A stretch of DNA of 64,000 nucleotides from Vicugna vicugna (lineage: Eukaryota), in NCBI GenBank assembly GCA_013265495.1, contig MU058039.1:1118591-1182590 (forward strand). Direction: 5' to 3'. Every line of letters starts with the position of its first letter. Position 1 is the stretch's first letter. Both the position numbers and the translations under genes were made by a program. The notes beneath the pieces are model-generated. The model did not search any database. It was not told the DNA's origin and saw nothing but the letters and a program-made list of their open reading frames with translations. Positions 11,720 through 23,200 of the stretch are shown here, in pieces.

Positions 11720-12745
11720 AGTCCATTCATTCGTCTAGGGTCTATGAAGCTTTTATCTTGTGCCAGACAGTGCTTCAGAGTCTAGGGATTCAGCAGTGAC
11801 CAGAACAAAGATTCCCCACTGTCAGGGGGTCGACATTCTTGGGAAGGAGACGGATAAACACAATAAACAAACCAGTCATGTGGTATATTAAATGGTGATC
11901 AGTACTCTGGAGACAATAAAGCTAGGAAGGTGGGGGATGTTATTTTAAATAAAGTGGTCAGAGAAGTCTCACTGATGAGGTGATCTTTCCAGTGACCTGC
12001 AGGAGAGGAGGCTATGACTCTGGGGACCCAGTATCTGAGGAAAGTGCTCTGGGCAATAGTAACAGGGGGTCATCAAGTACAAGAGCCCTGAGGCGGGATC
12101 ATACCTGGTGTGTTGGAGGAACAGCTAGATCAGCAGTGTGGCGGGAGCTCAGAGAGCAAGGGGCTGAGTGGGAGGTGAGCTGGGAGAGGAATAGGGACCA
12201 GGATGTGAAAGACCTTGTGGATTTAGCTGAAGCCTCAGGAGTCTCGGTTGTTTCAAAAGTTGGGCTGGGCTGGGCTGGGCTGGGCTGGGCTGGGCTGGGC
12301 TAGGCCTGGGCAGGGAAGACTCCTACATTTCCTCCTTTCCTTGGCTTTGACCTGTACAATAAGTGTGGTGCTAAGGGAGCGTTCTGAACAGAAGAGGGAG
12401 GGACTTGATCTGACTCAGGTGTTCATAGTCTCCCTCTGGTTTCTAGAGAGAGAGAGAGTTGCAATGGTCCAAGCAAGGGTGGACAGGACCAGGGTGGGGC
12501 CATGGCAGAAGGGAGAAGTTGGTGGATTCTGTATATACTTTTAAGATGGAACTGACAATTTCCTGAAGAACTGAATGTGGGGTGTGGAGACAGTTTGAAG
12601 ACAAAGATGACTACCAGTTTCATTGCCTGAACAGCTGGAAGGGTGAAGGCACCATTAATGGAGATGGGGGTGACTGTGGGGCGACTAGGTTTTGGAGGAA
12701 GATTAGGAGCTCAGCTTTGGATATTTACATCTGAGACGCCTATTT
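11720..12745 (-). mobile_element. LINE-2 fragment interrupted by a (TGGGC)n repeat
   Basis: cattcattc...tgtgccagacagtgct...ggtcagagaagtctcactgatgaggtga...ggagctcagctttggatatt, typical antisense L2 3' region. Confidence 0.65.
12261..12300 (+). repeat. Perfect pentanucleotide repeat (TGGGC)8
   Basis: Read directly. Confidence 0.95.
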
Positions 12746-13009
12746 ATCTGTATTTATTGGCTTATTGATTGTTTTAATCCGTATTTAATTGCTTATTTAT
12801 TGTTGCCTCCCCCAAGTTAGCCACTCGAGAACTAATCACACTTGTCATGCTCAGCACCATATCACCAGTGCCTGGTACATGGTAGGTGCTCAAGAAATGT
12901 TTGTTGGATGGATGGAATGAATGATACAGACAAGTTCAAAAAATCCTCTACCTTCTTAGTCAGCCAATATCTATTCCAAACTACAGAACTCCCATGTCCA
13001 TTTCATAAA

Positions 13010-13275
13010 TTCTTCAGGTCTTTGTTCAAATGTCCTCCTTCTCCGCAAAGCCTACCTGATTACTTTATTTACATTCCAGCTCAGGCTTGATTTATCTCCA
13101 TAACGCTATCCCTTTAGAATATACTACATACTTAAAATTTTGTCTTTCTTCACTAGAAGGTAGTTCCATGAGGGCAGGGATTTTTTTTGTATCTTGTTTA
13201 GTGCCACTGCGTAAAACATGGTTCGGCACACAGTAGGCGCTTAATTAATCATTTGTTGAATTTCTGTTGCTGAAT
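13010..13275 (+). mobile_element. LINE-2 3' end abutting the ACTN4 CpG island
   Basis: ctagaagg...ccatgagggcaggga...ggcacacagtaggcgctt...tttgttgaat. Confidence 0.7.
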
Positions 13276-13577
13276 GGCAATCCATTCCACTCCTGAGCAG
13301 GTTGATGAGACCCGCCTTACGACTCATTCCTGCTCTGGCCCCGCCTGCAGGAGGCGGCCGCGCGCGCTCAGCGGGCAGAGGGGGCGCGGCTCGTCCACGA
13401 GCTGAAGGGCGGCGGGGGAAGCGGACTCTGCGCAGGCTCCGAGCTCCCCGAGGCGGGGTCTCAGTGCCTTTCGCGTTAGGAGGCGCGCGCGCGCGGGAGG
13501 GCGGCGGCGGCGGCGCGGTGCGCAGGCGCGGCGGGCAGTGCGCAGGCGCGGGAGGAGGGCGGGCTGGAGCAGCTGAA

Positions 13578-13625
13578 GCGGCGGCGGCGGCGGCGGCGGC
13601 AGCGGCGGCAGTAGCAGCAGCAGCT
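13578..13625 (+). repeat. Compound GCG/GCA trinucleotide tract in the ACTN4 5' leader
   Basis: (GCG)7 GCA (GCG)2 GCA GTA (GCA)3 GCT. Confidence 0.92.
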
Positions 13626-13681
13626 CAGGCAGAGGGGCGGGAGCTGAGGCGGGAGCGGACGGGCTCTGGAGAGGCGGCGGA

Positions 13682-13843
13682 ATGGTGGACTACCACGCGG
13701 CGAACCAGTCGTACCAGTACGGCCCCAACAGCGGGAGCAATGGCGCCGGCGGCGGGGGTAGCATGGGCGACTACATGGCCCAGGAGGACGACTGGGACCG
13801 GGACCTGCTGCTGGACCCGGCCTGGGAGAAGCAGCAGCGCAAG
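13682..13843 (+). CDS. ACTN4: ACTN4 (alpha-actinin-4) coding exon 1
   Basis: Strong Kozak gga[58 protein letters not shown]; donor AAG|gtgcgt; 162 nt. Confidence 0.97.
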
Positions 13844-13924
13844 GTGCGTGGCCCATGGGCCGGACGGGCTGGAGAGGGGCTTCCACGGGAGGCTGGGGCC
13901 CGGGAAGTGGCTTGGGAGTCCTGA

Positions 13925-14200
13925 GACGGAATTGGTGGGTCTGTGTTGAGAATTGGGCGTCCAGAGAAGGAATCGGCAGGTCTGAGAAGGGGTTTGGAAT
14001 CCTGAAAAGGAGTTGCAGAACTTGAACAAGGAATTGGGAGTCTGAAAAAATAATTGGCGGCCGAGTCGGGACTATGGAAATCTAAAACAAGGAATCTGGG
14101 AGCCCGATGAAGGAATTGGAAGGTCTGGGCGTGGAATTGGGGGGAAACCGGCGAGATGATTGAAGACTCTAAAATGGAATTGGGTCTGAGGCGGGATGGA
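13925..14200 (+). repeat. Degenerate ~20-21 bp minisatellite, consensus approximately GGAATTGGGAGTCTGAGAA
   Basis: Unit starts at about 13928, 13949, 13969, 13989, 14009, 14030, 14050, 14091, 14112, 14133 and 14176. Confidence 0.7.
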
Positions 14201-17200
14201 AGGGTCAGGATGGGTTGGGGGTGCTGAGAGAGAAACGGGAGATTCTGGAATTTGTGGGTCCGGATAGAATTAGGAACGGGGGAGTCTGAAGAGTAAGCTC
14301 GAGTATGGAGGGGGTTATTTCGGTTGCAGAATCCTCTGAAGGGGATAGGAATTGTGGCAGCCCCAAGTTGGGAATTTCTTGAGGGGATGAAGATTCTGGA
14401 AGTCTGGAGATGGAGTAGGGGTGCTGAGGAAGGTATTGTGGAGTCTGAAGAGTAGTGGGAGGTTTAGAGAGACTGGGAAGACGAAAGGAGGAGAGGGGCT
14501 AAGGAAGGAAGTGGGCGTGAGAAGACCTGGGGCTCGGGGTGTGAGGATGGGGAGGGCTGCTAAGGAGGATTGGGACTCGGGGTCTGAAGGGAGAAGGTAG
14601 GGAACCTGTAAATAAGAAGTTTTGAAGGGGGTGAGATTTTATTTGGGGGGGCCCTGTTCTAAAGGGAAGAGGAGGAGATTAGGAGAGAGGTGGAAGAAAG
14701 GGAATTGATGAGGCCAAAGCTGAAGGGGGATGCAGAGAGTATTTGGATGGTTTTGAGGAGGGGTTCTGAAGAATGGATGGAACGTCGAAAAAGCTCAGCA
14801 GTGGGTTGGAGGAGCCTGAGGCAAAGGTGGCCTGGAAAAGGTGAAAACGGTGGGTGAGAATGAGTGGAATGGCGGCTAATGGGAGGGAGGTTAGTGTGGG
14901 CAAATGAAAGTCTCATTAGAAAGGGAGTGTGTGATGGATAGACTGAGAAAGGAATGTGGGGGTGGGGGGTGGGGGCCTCTGGAGATGCAGTCCCAGGAGT
15001 GGAGAGTGTGTATGTGTCGTGAAGGGGGAATATGTTTTGGGAGGAAGCGGCGAGAGTGTCCAGAAGAATTGTGTCTTTTGGGGGTGGGGGTGTAGAGCTT
15101 TTTCTAAAGCAAGGTCTGTTCTCAGGTGGCACGTTGGGATGTGGAAGCAATTTAGGGGGGACCCACAGTGGGGAAAGGGAGATCAAAAGGAGTGGGAGGC
15201 CCAGAGAAGTCGATGTATGTGTGTACGTGTATATAATCTAAGGGGCTGAGAGCGGGGAGCTCCAAGCTGGTAGGAGAGAGGGTTTGAGTGTGTGCAGGAA
15301 GAGCTAAAGAAAGGAGGGTGTTGAGTGGGTGTGTGTGTGTTGGGAGGGGGCTGTTTACAAGTGTCGTGTGTGAAGAGGATGGGAGGTGGTTGCAGTTAGA
15401 AGCTTTTAATATGTCCTGGAGATCTGAATTTTCTCCCTAGATTTGTTAGTCACCAGCTCTGTGGCCTTGGGCCAGACCCTTGGTCTCAGTGCAATTCTGT
15501 CATCTGTGAAATGAGGAGGGGTCGAAGGGCTCCCTTCTGTGATTCTGCAAAGATGGATGTGTATGGTGTTGGGACTTCAGGATAGCTTTGGTGGGAAGCC
15601 TGGGGGCTGATCCAGCAAGGGGTTTGAGTGGTGGATGTGGCTGGAAGCCTCTTGAGGGTGTGAGTCGGTGCTGGGGTCTCCGTGCAGGCAGCCCAGTCCG
15701 GAGGGGAAAGGGTGAAAGCAGCAGCTGTTCCAGGCAGCCTGGGGTGGGGCCTGGCATAACCTTGGGTAAATTACCAACCTCTGCTAGAATTTCCTCATCA
15801 GTAGTTGGGGGGCGGGGGCGGTGGTGGGTTGGTGATGGTGCCCTTATCTGTTGCCCCACCTACCTCAGGGTGGGCAGGTTGAGATAATCTGACATAAAAA
15901 TTCTTTTTGAGGGGAGAGACCAAGTTTGCAGTCTCTACAATAATTTATTGCCAGAGGCAGTGCCGGTGGGAAAAGAGTTGCCAAGAGACTTGGAAAGCTG
16001 GGAGGGGAACAGGGGGCCGAGGGGTTGTTTTTAAGAATGTCTGGGATCTGTCTTCTCCAGCTCCAGGTGTTTGGGAAGAATGAGCCTCGGAGCCTTTTAA
16101 CTCTGGTGGTGGGAGTGGGGCTCCTTCCTTTTCCCTCCCTTCCTGTCTCCTACCCCTCCCAGAGTGACTCCCTTTGCTCGCTCAATTCCTTTCCCTCCTG
16201 GGAGTTAGGGTGTGTGCTCCTTCGTGGTTAGAGTCTCCCTTGCACAGTGGGTGAGGCCGGGGCACCCACCGCTCAGGCCTGGGCGGGAACCCGAACTCAC
16301 AGGAACCCCTAGGCCTCGCTGCTGTGTGTTATCCTCCCTCCTCCCTTCCTCAAGGACCCGGCAAGTTGGAGGGAAAGGGTGGCTCACAGCCCCTCCAGTA
16401 CCGGCTGCGCTAGCATGTCCTGCTGTGTACTGCTGCGGGAATGCAGGGTACACATAGCTGTGCTTTGGGGGGAATAACACTTCACTGCTGTGCACCTTCT
16501 TATTGTGGCGTAGGGATCCTTTATGAAATGGGAGGAGTAAATGGAAAGGAATATATACACAAGTTTGTGCTGTTCTCTTCCTTCTAAGAGGAACCCCCCC
16601 ACCCCCCATCCCCCCAGACAGGCTGGCTGGGGTTCTTCTGTGCTGTAGTGTCGCTTTAGTGAACAACAGATTGCCCTTCTTGCCTCTTCAGGGCTGAGAC
16701 ACTGGTCAGGGAGAGTGGCCATCCTGTGAGTGTCCTGTGTATACTCTCATCTAAAAATCTGCTCAGGACAGCTGTAGGCCCTTAAAGCGTGTGGCATTGA
16801 ATTGTAAGAATTAAGCGTTTGGCCCAAGTCAGAGGGTATGTGTGATTCCCGGTGGTTTTCACTTCTACCTGAAGCCCTTCTCAGGTCACCTTCTAGGGAC
16901 CCTTGTAATGTAGGCATTACCTGATAAGTAGGTTATGCAACAGTTCTGATATGGGAAGCCTCCAAGTATTCTCCTGGGGCAGGTGGGGGAAGGTCTGGTC
17001 AGGTCTTTGAGCAGATTCTTGAGCAATTATAGCTCTGGGCCATAGTTCCCTCTCCCGGTTTCTGAAAGGGGCCTGGGTAGCCTTGCCACCCCCTGCTCTC
17101 CTGAACAGGTGATGTCACTTGACAGCTGCTTCGAAACTTCTCATTACAGCAAGAGGAATTTTGCTCTTTTGCCTCCTTTGCTTAGCTTGCGTGTTCGTTG

Positions 17201-19814
17201 AAACGTCACTGCTTGCACGGCCTGTTTAGACCCCAACCTTTGGCTTGGGCTCTGTTAGGTTTTAGTTAATTATTTGAAAGTTCTGATGGTGTTTTGTTTT
17301 TCTCCAAGTAGGGTTTCTTTTTCCTTTTCTTTTTTAAAGGCTGATGATAGAGGCCTCAAAGTAGCCATCTGTTATTTTGTTCCATTGCTCTAATTGCTTG
17401 CCTCTTAGGTTCTGGCAAAGACTAGCAGATCCTTAGCAGTTTTTAAAACTGAATATGTTACTTACCAGAAACAAAAAACAAAAAAACCCAAACTCAATTG
17501 TCATCTAGAACTAAAGACTAAATATGTGAGGGGGGCTGGTGTACTATTTGCCCTCTTGGGAGAGGGGTAGGGGAAGCTACTCGGCTGCTGGTGCCCCTGT
17601 CCCCATGCCCCTGTTTTAAGAACATGTGAGAACACGGCTTTTCTGATGACTGCAGAAGAGGTGAGGTGTGGGAGAATGGCCTGGGAGTACAGTGCCCCTT
17701 GTAGCCACTTACATTCATTCAGCTGAGGGCTGAAATCTGGTCGGTGCCATGGAGTGGCACCTGCTGCTTCATCTAATCCTATGTGCTCCGGGGTGTGGGC
17801 CCAGGATTGCCCTCTGCTTTTTGAAACACTCTCCCTGAGACCAACAAGGAGGCCGCTGTGGCAGCAGGGAGCTGACTCACTCTCCAGTTGGAACTGGTGC
17901 TAAATGGTTTCATTTAATGGCAGCTGGTTGCCTGGCCCCCAGTGGGCTGCCTTGTGGGAAAAGTTTGGTGACAGTATTGGAGGAAAACAACCTAGGAAAT
18001 TAGGGTGAGATTTTAATATCCAGGTGCAGCTGGTGCTGTTAAACTCCTGAGATGAAGCCAGGGAGGTCAGTTAAAATGTAGGCTTGCACTCTCAAAATGT
18101 CCTCTTAATCAGATGTCAGGGGGAACAGGGACAAGTCTGGATTCCAGTCTCAAGCCTCTCGGTTAGGGAGTTCTGCCTTTTAAACATGTACGCCAGTCAC
18201 AGCCGACTTTGGCTAGACAGTGCTCTTTTTCAAAGTTAACTGAGTGAGTAGTACAAGTTATCTGGCAGTGCTATCTAGCAGATGACAGCAAAGAGAATGA
18301 AGCCAAAAAGGGACAGATTTGGGAAATCTCAAGGAATTTCTGAGACTGTTGAGATGAACACTTTAGGTTTTTGCCATATTGATTTATAGTGTGTGTACAA
18401 GCCTTTGACCAGATCTTAGGATTGTTCTTTAAAAAGAAAAGAAAAGGGAAAAAAAAAAAAGGATTCCCTTGCTCATATTTTTTTTGTGGGGGTAGGGAAT
18501 GAAGAGGATGGAAAAGGCAAAAATGATTAACGAACAGCTGTTTGCTCTAGTATCACTTACTCATTCAAGTTTTCGAATGGCTGAACTATCAACATGTGTA
18601 TCTCTTCCCAGGCATTTAGTACATTTCTAGATCAATGGTTCCCCCAGCTTTATCCTTATTTCCTTCACTTAGTGATGTCTAAGGTCTCATCAGTCACAGT
18701 CAGTTCTCTTCCGTTGCCTTTATTTATGTATTTATTTTACAGAGTAACAAAAGCACTCACGTTACCTTGTTTAAGTCTCCCTTCTCCCCTTTTTCTTTTT
18801 TCATGGAAATAGGAGGCAAGTGATAGCAAGTTGGTAATTCAATGGCAGTGGTAACTGAAACACTGACCTACTAAAAGGTGGACGGAAGCTTCTACTTGAG
18901 CAGATACAAATCCTGTCATCCAGGGAGGTTTGAAAGAAGTCTTTATGTCACGGGTAGTTGAGAGCTCAAGATCAGTCTCCTTTCGGATGAGGCTAAACTT
19001 TGAAACATCAAAGCATCGGGCACAGTTATAAGGAAGCTTAGTTTTACAGTGTTGGCCGTCTAGACACCAGCATTTGTTATAAAGTGTCTGCAAGTGGCAC
19101 AAGTAACACTGTTGCTTTTCTTCAGGAAGGTTTATGAATTACATGTTAGTCAGTAACCCAGGTATCAAGCAGTGTAAGGTTCAATGATTCAAGAGAAACA
19201 GAATCATTTAAAATTCCAGTCTCTGTTTAAAGAGTGATCTTATTGGAAGGAAAAATTAACTGACTGGCTGGGAGGAGAAGGAGCCCGCCTCTTGCAAAAA
19301 GTGAAATCTCTACATACGTTTCACTGGCAATAAGGTCCTTACATCAGTACTTGGGAAGTTTTATCCAAGTAGCGGTCTCCCTGGGATTATAAAAATCCCT
19401 GAGACATTTGTTTTGGTGTTGTGCCTTTTTTGGTTGTGTTGTGCTTTCCTGTCCTCCCCTACTCCCCCTTTCCCTCATAAACAACAGATGTATTAACTTG
19501 GAATGTCCATGGAAAGTCTTTAAACATGGGCGGTGTAACTTGGTTGCCTTCTCTTAAGTCTGAGTAGCAGTTACTCCAGAAGAGGCCAGTGGCCTTTTTC
19601 TTAGATGTGATTTATTGAGGTGGTATCTAAAAGGCAGTGGATTGAGCTTTCTTGGGATTTGCTATCTGCCACCTGTTTCTGTGCTGGCTTCCGCCTTCCT
19701 GGGATGGGATGAGCCCTATCTCCCCAAAAAGTGAGGGACCATCCTGTGTTTCCAGATGGGACAGTGGTTCCCCAGCCAGAGCAGGCACCCCCCACCCCAG
19801 CTCGTGCTTGTCTC

Positions 19815-20258
19815 CATGCTTCCTAAACTTCAGTCATTTGTGATTTTTCCTTGCCTACTTTTGCTTTTCTATACTTAATAATATTCTTTTAACTCAATTT
19901 GCCTTTGTTAAGTTTTAAAGGGGAAACTTATCAGTATTGCAAATGGAAAAGCCCAGCTTCCCTGGCCATAAACTGCAAAAGTAAATAGACTGAAAACAAA
20001 ACAGTGTTAAGTTCTAACTAGATACTGTTTCTGCTGAGGGCTCTGGGACTGAGGGCTGCTCCCTTTGTTAAAAAGAGACTAAGTGTTGGTGAGGTGCTTA
20101 AGACTCAGAGTACTAAGCAGAGACTTTCTCCTTGAAGTGATCAGAAGGTTTACAAGAGAATCAAGGGGAATAACCTTCTCGCTGTCATTTGAGGTTTAAT
20201 AGAGTGTGGATAACCCTAAAAAGCTCCCATGTGTGCATGCCACACTTGGAAAAAACTT
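19815..20258. mobile_element. hAT-Charlie DNA transposon relic (Charlie4-like)
   Basis: Ends catgcttcctaaactt... and ...ccacacttggaaaaa; internal ctagatactg...gagactttctccttga..atcagaagg recalled from the consensus. Confidence 0.55.
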
Positions 20259-23200
20259 TATCTCACCTGACCCTGGGAACAGTCCACAAGTGGCAGGGCA
20301 GAGTGACTTACCCAGGAACACACAGCCCGTCCTGCATGCCCAGTGACCCACCATACTACCCTTGAACAGGTCACTCATGACTCGGTGGCACTGGATATTT
20401 AAATTCACCTTCAAATGTTAGGGTTCCTTTTTTTTTTTTTTTTTTTATTTTTTTAAAGAAACCAGGGCCATGTTGCAAATGGATTTATCCCTTGCTCCTC
20501 ACTTTGCTTTTTCTTTTTAAGGCTCCAGCTTTCTTACACACATACACTTAAGGTTTGGCTGGTCCTGTGAATAAATCTCACTGCTACCTGGGCTAGGGTA
20601 TCTGCACCCTAGATTCTGAAAGGAAAACAGTGCCCTCCTGCCTAGTTAAGAAAGGCTTATTTAAATGTTTTTCCTGTAAATATCTCAGAGAACAGGTTCT
20701 TTGTCTCCGAGTAGAACTATAGACATGGGGCAGAAGTATTTGGAAGTGGCAGTTACTACTGCTTGGAATCCAATGAAGTCATCTCTGGAAATATCGGTGG
20801 TGTTGAAAGGATTGAACGGGATGCTAGAACACCAGCAATACAATAGCATTTGTGTCTTCGGCTTTGGGCAGGAATAAAGAAAACATTGTGGTTTGTTTTA
20901 TGCTTTTTAAAGTTTTCCCCCCAAAGGTGTGGGGCTGAGTGATGTCTGTCATTGGCTTTCTAGTGGGTTTCTTTTCATCTTTTCCCCCTCCCTGACGGCT
21001 GTTGAGAGTGGGCGGAAGCCACAGTCTAGGTGGATGGAGGCAGCACGGAAGGCAGGCAGGCAGTCTGCCTTCCTCCTCATTCTCCATGTGCAAAGGGAAC
21101 ACATTTGGTTTTTTAACCTCCAAAGAGCCCAAGATAAAGAGTTTCCGTATCATACCTCCTGACCAGTAATGACTCTGATTCCAGCTCCAAGAATGTCTTA
21201 ATTAGCAGCCATTCAGAATGGGGGCACGGCAGGAAATCAGATAGATGCATCTCTTCTTTTCTCTTTTCTTTCTTTTTTAATACATACTTCATTTCAATGG
21301 CAGAGAAGGCCAGTTTGAGGTTAGGAGAAACATCACAGGAGGAAGCTTGAAAGTGATTCAACCACCAGCCACGCTGGGAGGTTGCTCAAGGGGGTATCAT
21401 GCCAGGAGGGTTTGTGGGTCTTCAGCTTGCACTATTGAAAAGACAGGCCTTCCTTTACCAAGCGCCAAGGGCTCAGTGCTGGCCTTGGTATGCACATGTG
21501 TAACGGTCAACACATTAGTGCTCTGTGATTAGTCTAAATTGGGGTGTGAGTAAAAGCTATTTAGTTGATATTGCTGTGGAAACTGAGTTGCTTACTATTC
21601 TGGGGTGCGCCTCTGTCCAGGAGGCAGCAACGATGGTGAGATGTTGGGCTACTGGGCAGAAATATGATGCAGCCAGCCGGTCTCACATGTATGGTGGCCA
21701 TAGAGGGAAAGAGGGGCCTCTGTTTCCTGGTGTGAGAGTTGGGCCAGTCCATTTTATAGATGAAGGGTGTGTATTTGCGCATGAGAGAGGGAGAAGAAAA
21801 AGGAGTAGACCATGAAAGCTGCTGCTGGCTTTGTGGCTGGGACATGTGCTTTTTCTCTAGGCATTTAGAGTTGGAATCTCAGCTATGTGACTTCTTAATA
21901 GCAGGGCAGAAAGCGCCTGCATCTTTTGCCTGCTTTCACAAACACGGACACATTAAGAAGAACTCTAAAGTTTCCAGCAAATCCCAAGCACAGTTCATTC
22001 CGTGATAACATTTTTTTTTTTAAATCCACATCCTTCCTATTCCAACTCTGACAGTAAATAAACTATTTTCTCCCTATTCCTCCCCACTCTTTTCTTTAAG
22101 GAAATGAATATCTTTGCAGTAAACTCTGCGTCTGATGAAAATATTAAATGCTTCTTTGACTGTTGCTGGCATGGATTGTCTTTGGAAGAGTCACTTTTTT
22201 TTATCTTAATTTTATAGGCTGATAAGATCTTCCAGTTCTGGCCTATGAAATAAACTCAGTTTCAAAATTCAAAATGTCTGGAAGCAGCCGGCTTGCCATG
22301 CTAGTTCAAGGACAGTCTGATGAATCAACCCTTCTTAGAGGCTGTCTGCTAACCAGTCCTGGAAGGTATCCAGATGGTAAACATCACCAGGATTGTCAGG
22401 CAGTTTTGGAGTGTTTTTTGTTTTTTGTTTTGTTTTTGGATTATTGGAGCTATGCTGCTAAGTCTGGTAGGATTTGACTTTCTGTAAAACAGAAAGGTTT
22501 GTATCAAGATATCTTTTTCAGAGATGTCAGGCCTGTAATCAGCCAACACTGGTACAGACAGGAAATACCTGGACCAGTTGGGGCTGGGGAACCTTCTTAA
22601 CCATTTTGTGAAACGAATTTTCCCTCTCCTTTTGTAATTTTCATTAACTCACTGACTCACAGACTCAGGGCCAAGTCACAGAAGAGAATTCAGTCCATTG
22701 AGAACAGTGAACCATTTTAGGGATGATTGGTCGATGGATCACGGCCCAAAGCTGCACGAGGTCGGGGAGTGGCACTTGGCTTCTGCCCGCAGCACAGAAA
22801 CACCCCGAAGATTCAGAGGGAACAAGCTCTGGCCATAAAAATAGGAGACTCACAGTGCATTGAGTTCTCTTCACAGCTACCTTAGACTTGAGAAAGTTCT
22901 AGGCCTCTTTAATAAACAACCACAAAGCAGACCTTGCCAAATATGGCCTGCTCCAGGGCCACAGGGTTAGCTTAGGAGACAACTTTCTTGCCTAAAAATA
23001 AGTGCATGTTCCTATTGAACATTCCAAGCATAGTTTAGACATGAGACTTCTGAGTAGCTGGTCAGACTTTGTGGGTTCAGTTATGTCAGAGTGTGGGCAG
23101 TTGAGGGTCTTTGGGGAGCTGGCTCACCACTTTGGGATTGGCAAGTGTGCACTAAGGCAGTCAAATGACTAAATACAAACCCCCTTCCATCTCATCTCTA

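Larger units (their letters stand above)
13330..13900 (+). promoter_or_regulatory. ACTN4: ACTN4 CpG-island promoter, 5' UTR and exon 1
   Basis: Very high GC and CpG density, several GGGCGG boxes, two TGCGCAGGCGCG NRF1-like motifs, no TATA box seen. Confidence 0.9.

Noticed and set aside
5308..12661. Isolated CArG boxes at 5308, 6429 and 12652
   Set aside because: They sit in MIR, SINE-flank and L2 sequence, and about four CC(A/T)6GG are expected by chance in the window; only clustered ones were kept
13574..13681. Possible N-terminal extension of ACTN4 from a non-AUG start
   Set aside because: In-frame TGA at 13574-13576 and no in-frame CTG, GTG or ACG between it and the ATG
13302..13949. 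215-aa Ala/Gly/Arg-rich ORF overlapping ACTN4 exon 1
   Set aside because: Out of frame with ACTN4, starts upstream of the likely TSS and crosses the splice donor; long open frames are expected in a stop-poor CpG island
13925..14200. Regularly spaced repeats as a CRISPR-like array
   Set aside because: Mammalian intron, degenerate head-to-tail units, no constant repeat with unique spacers and no cas genes
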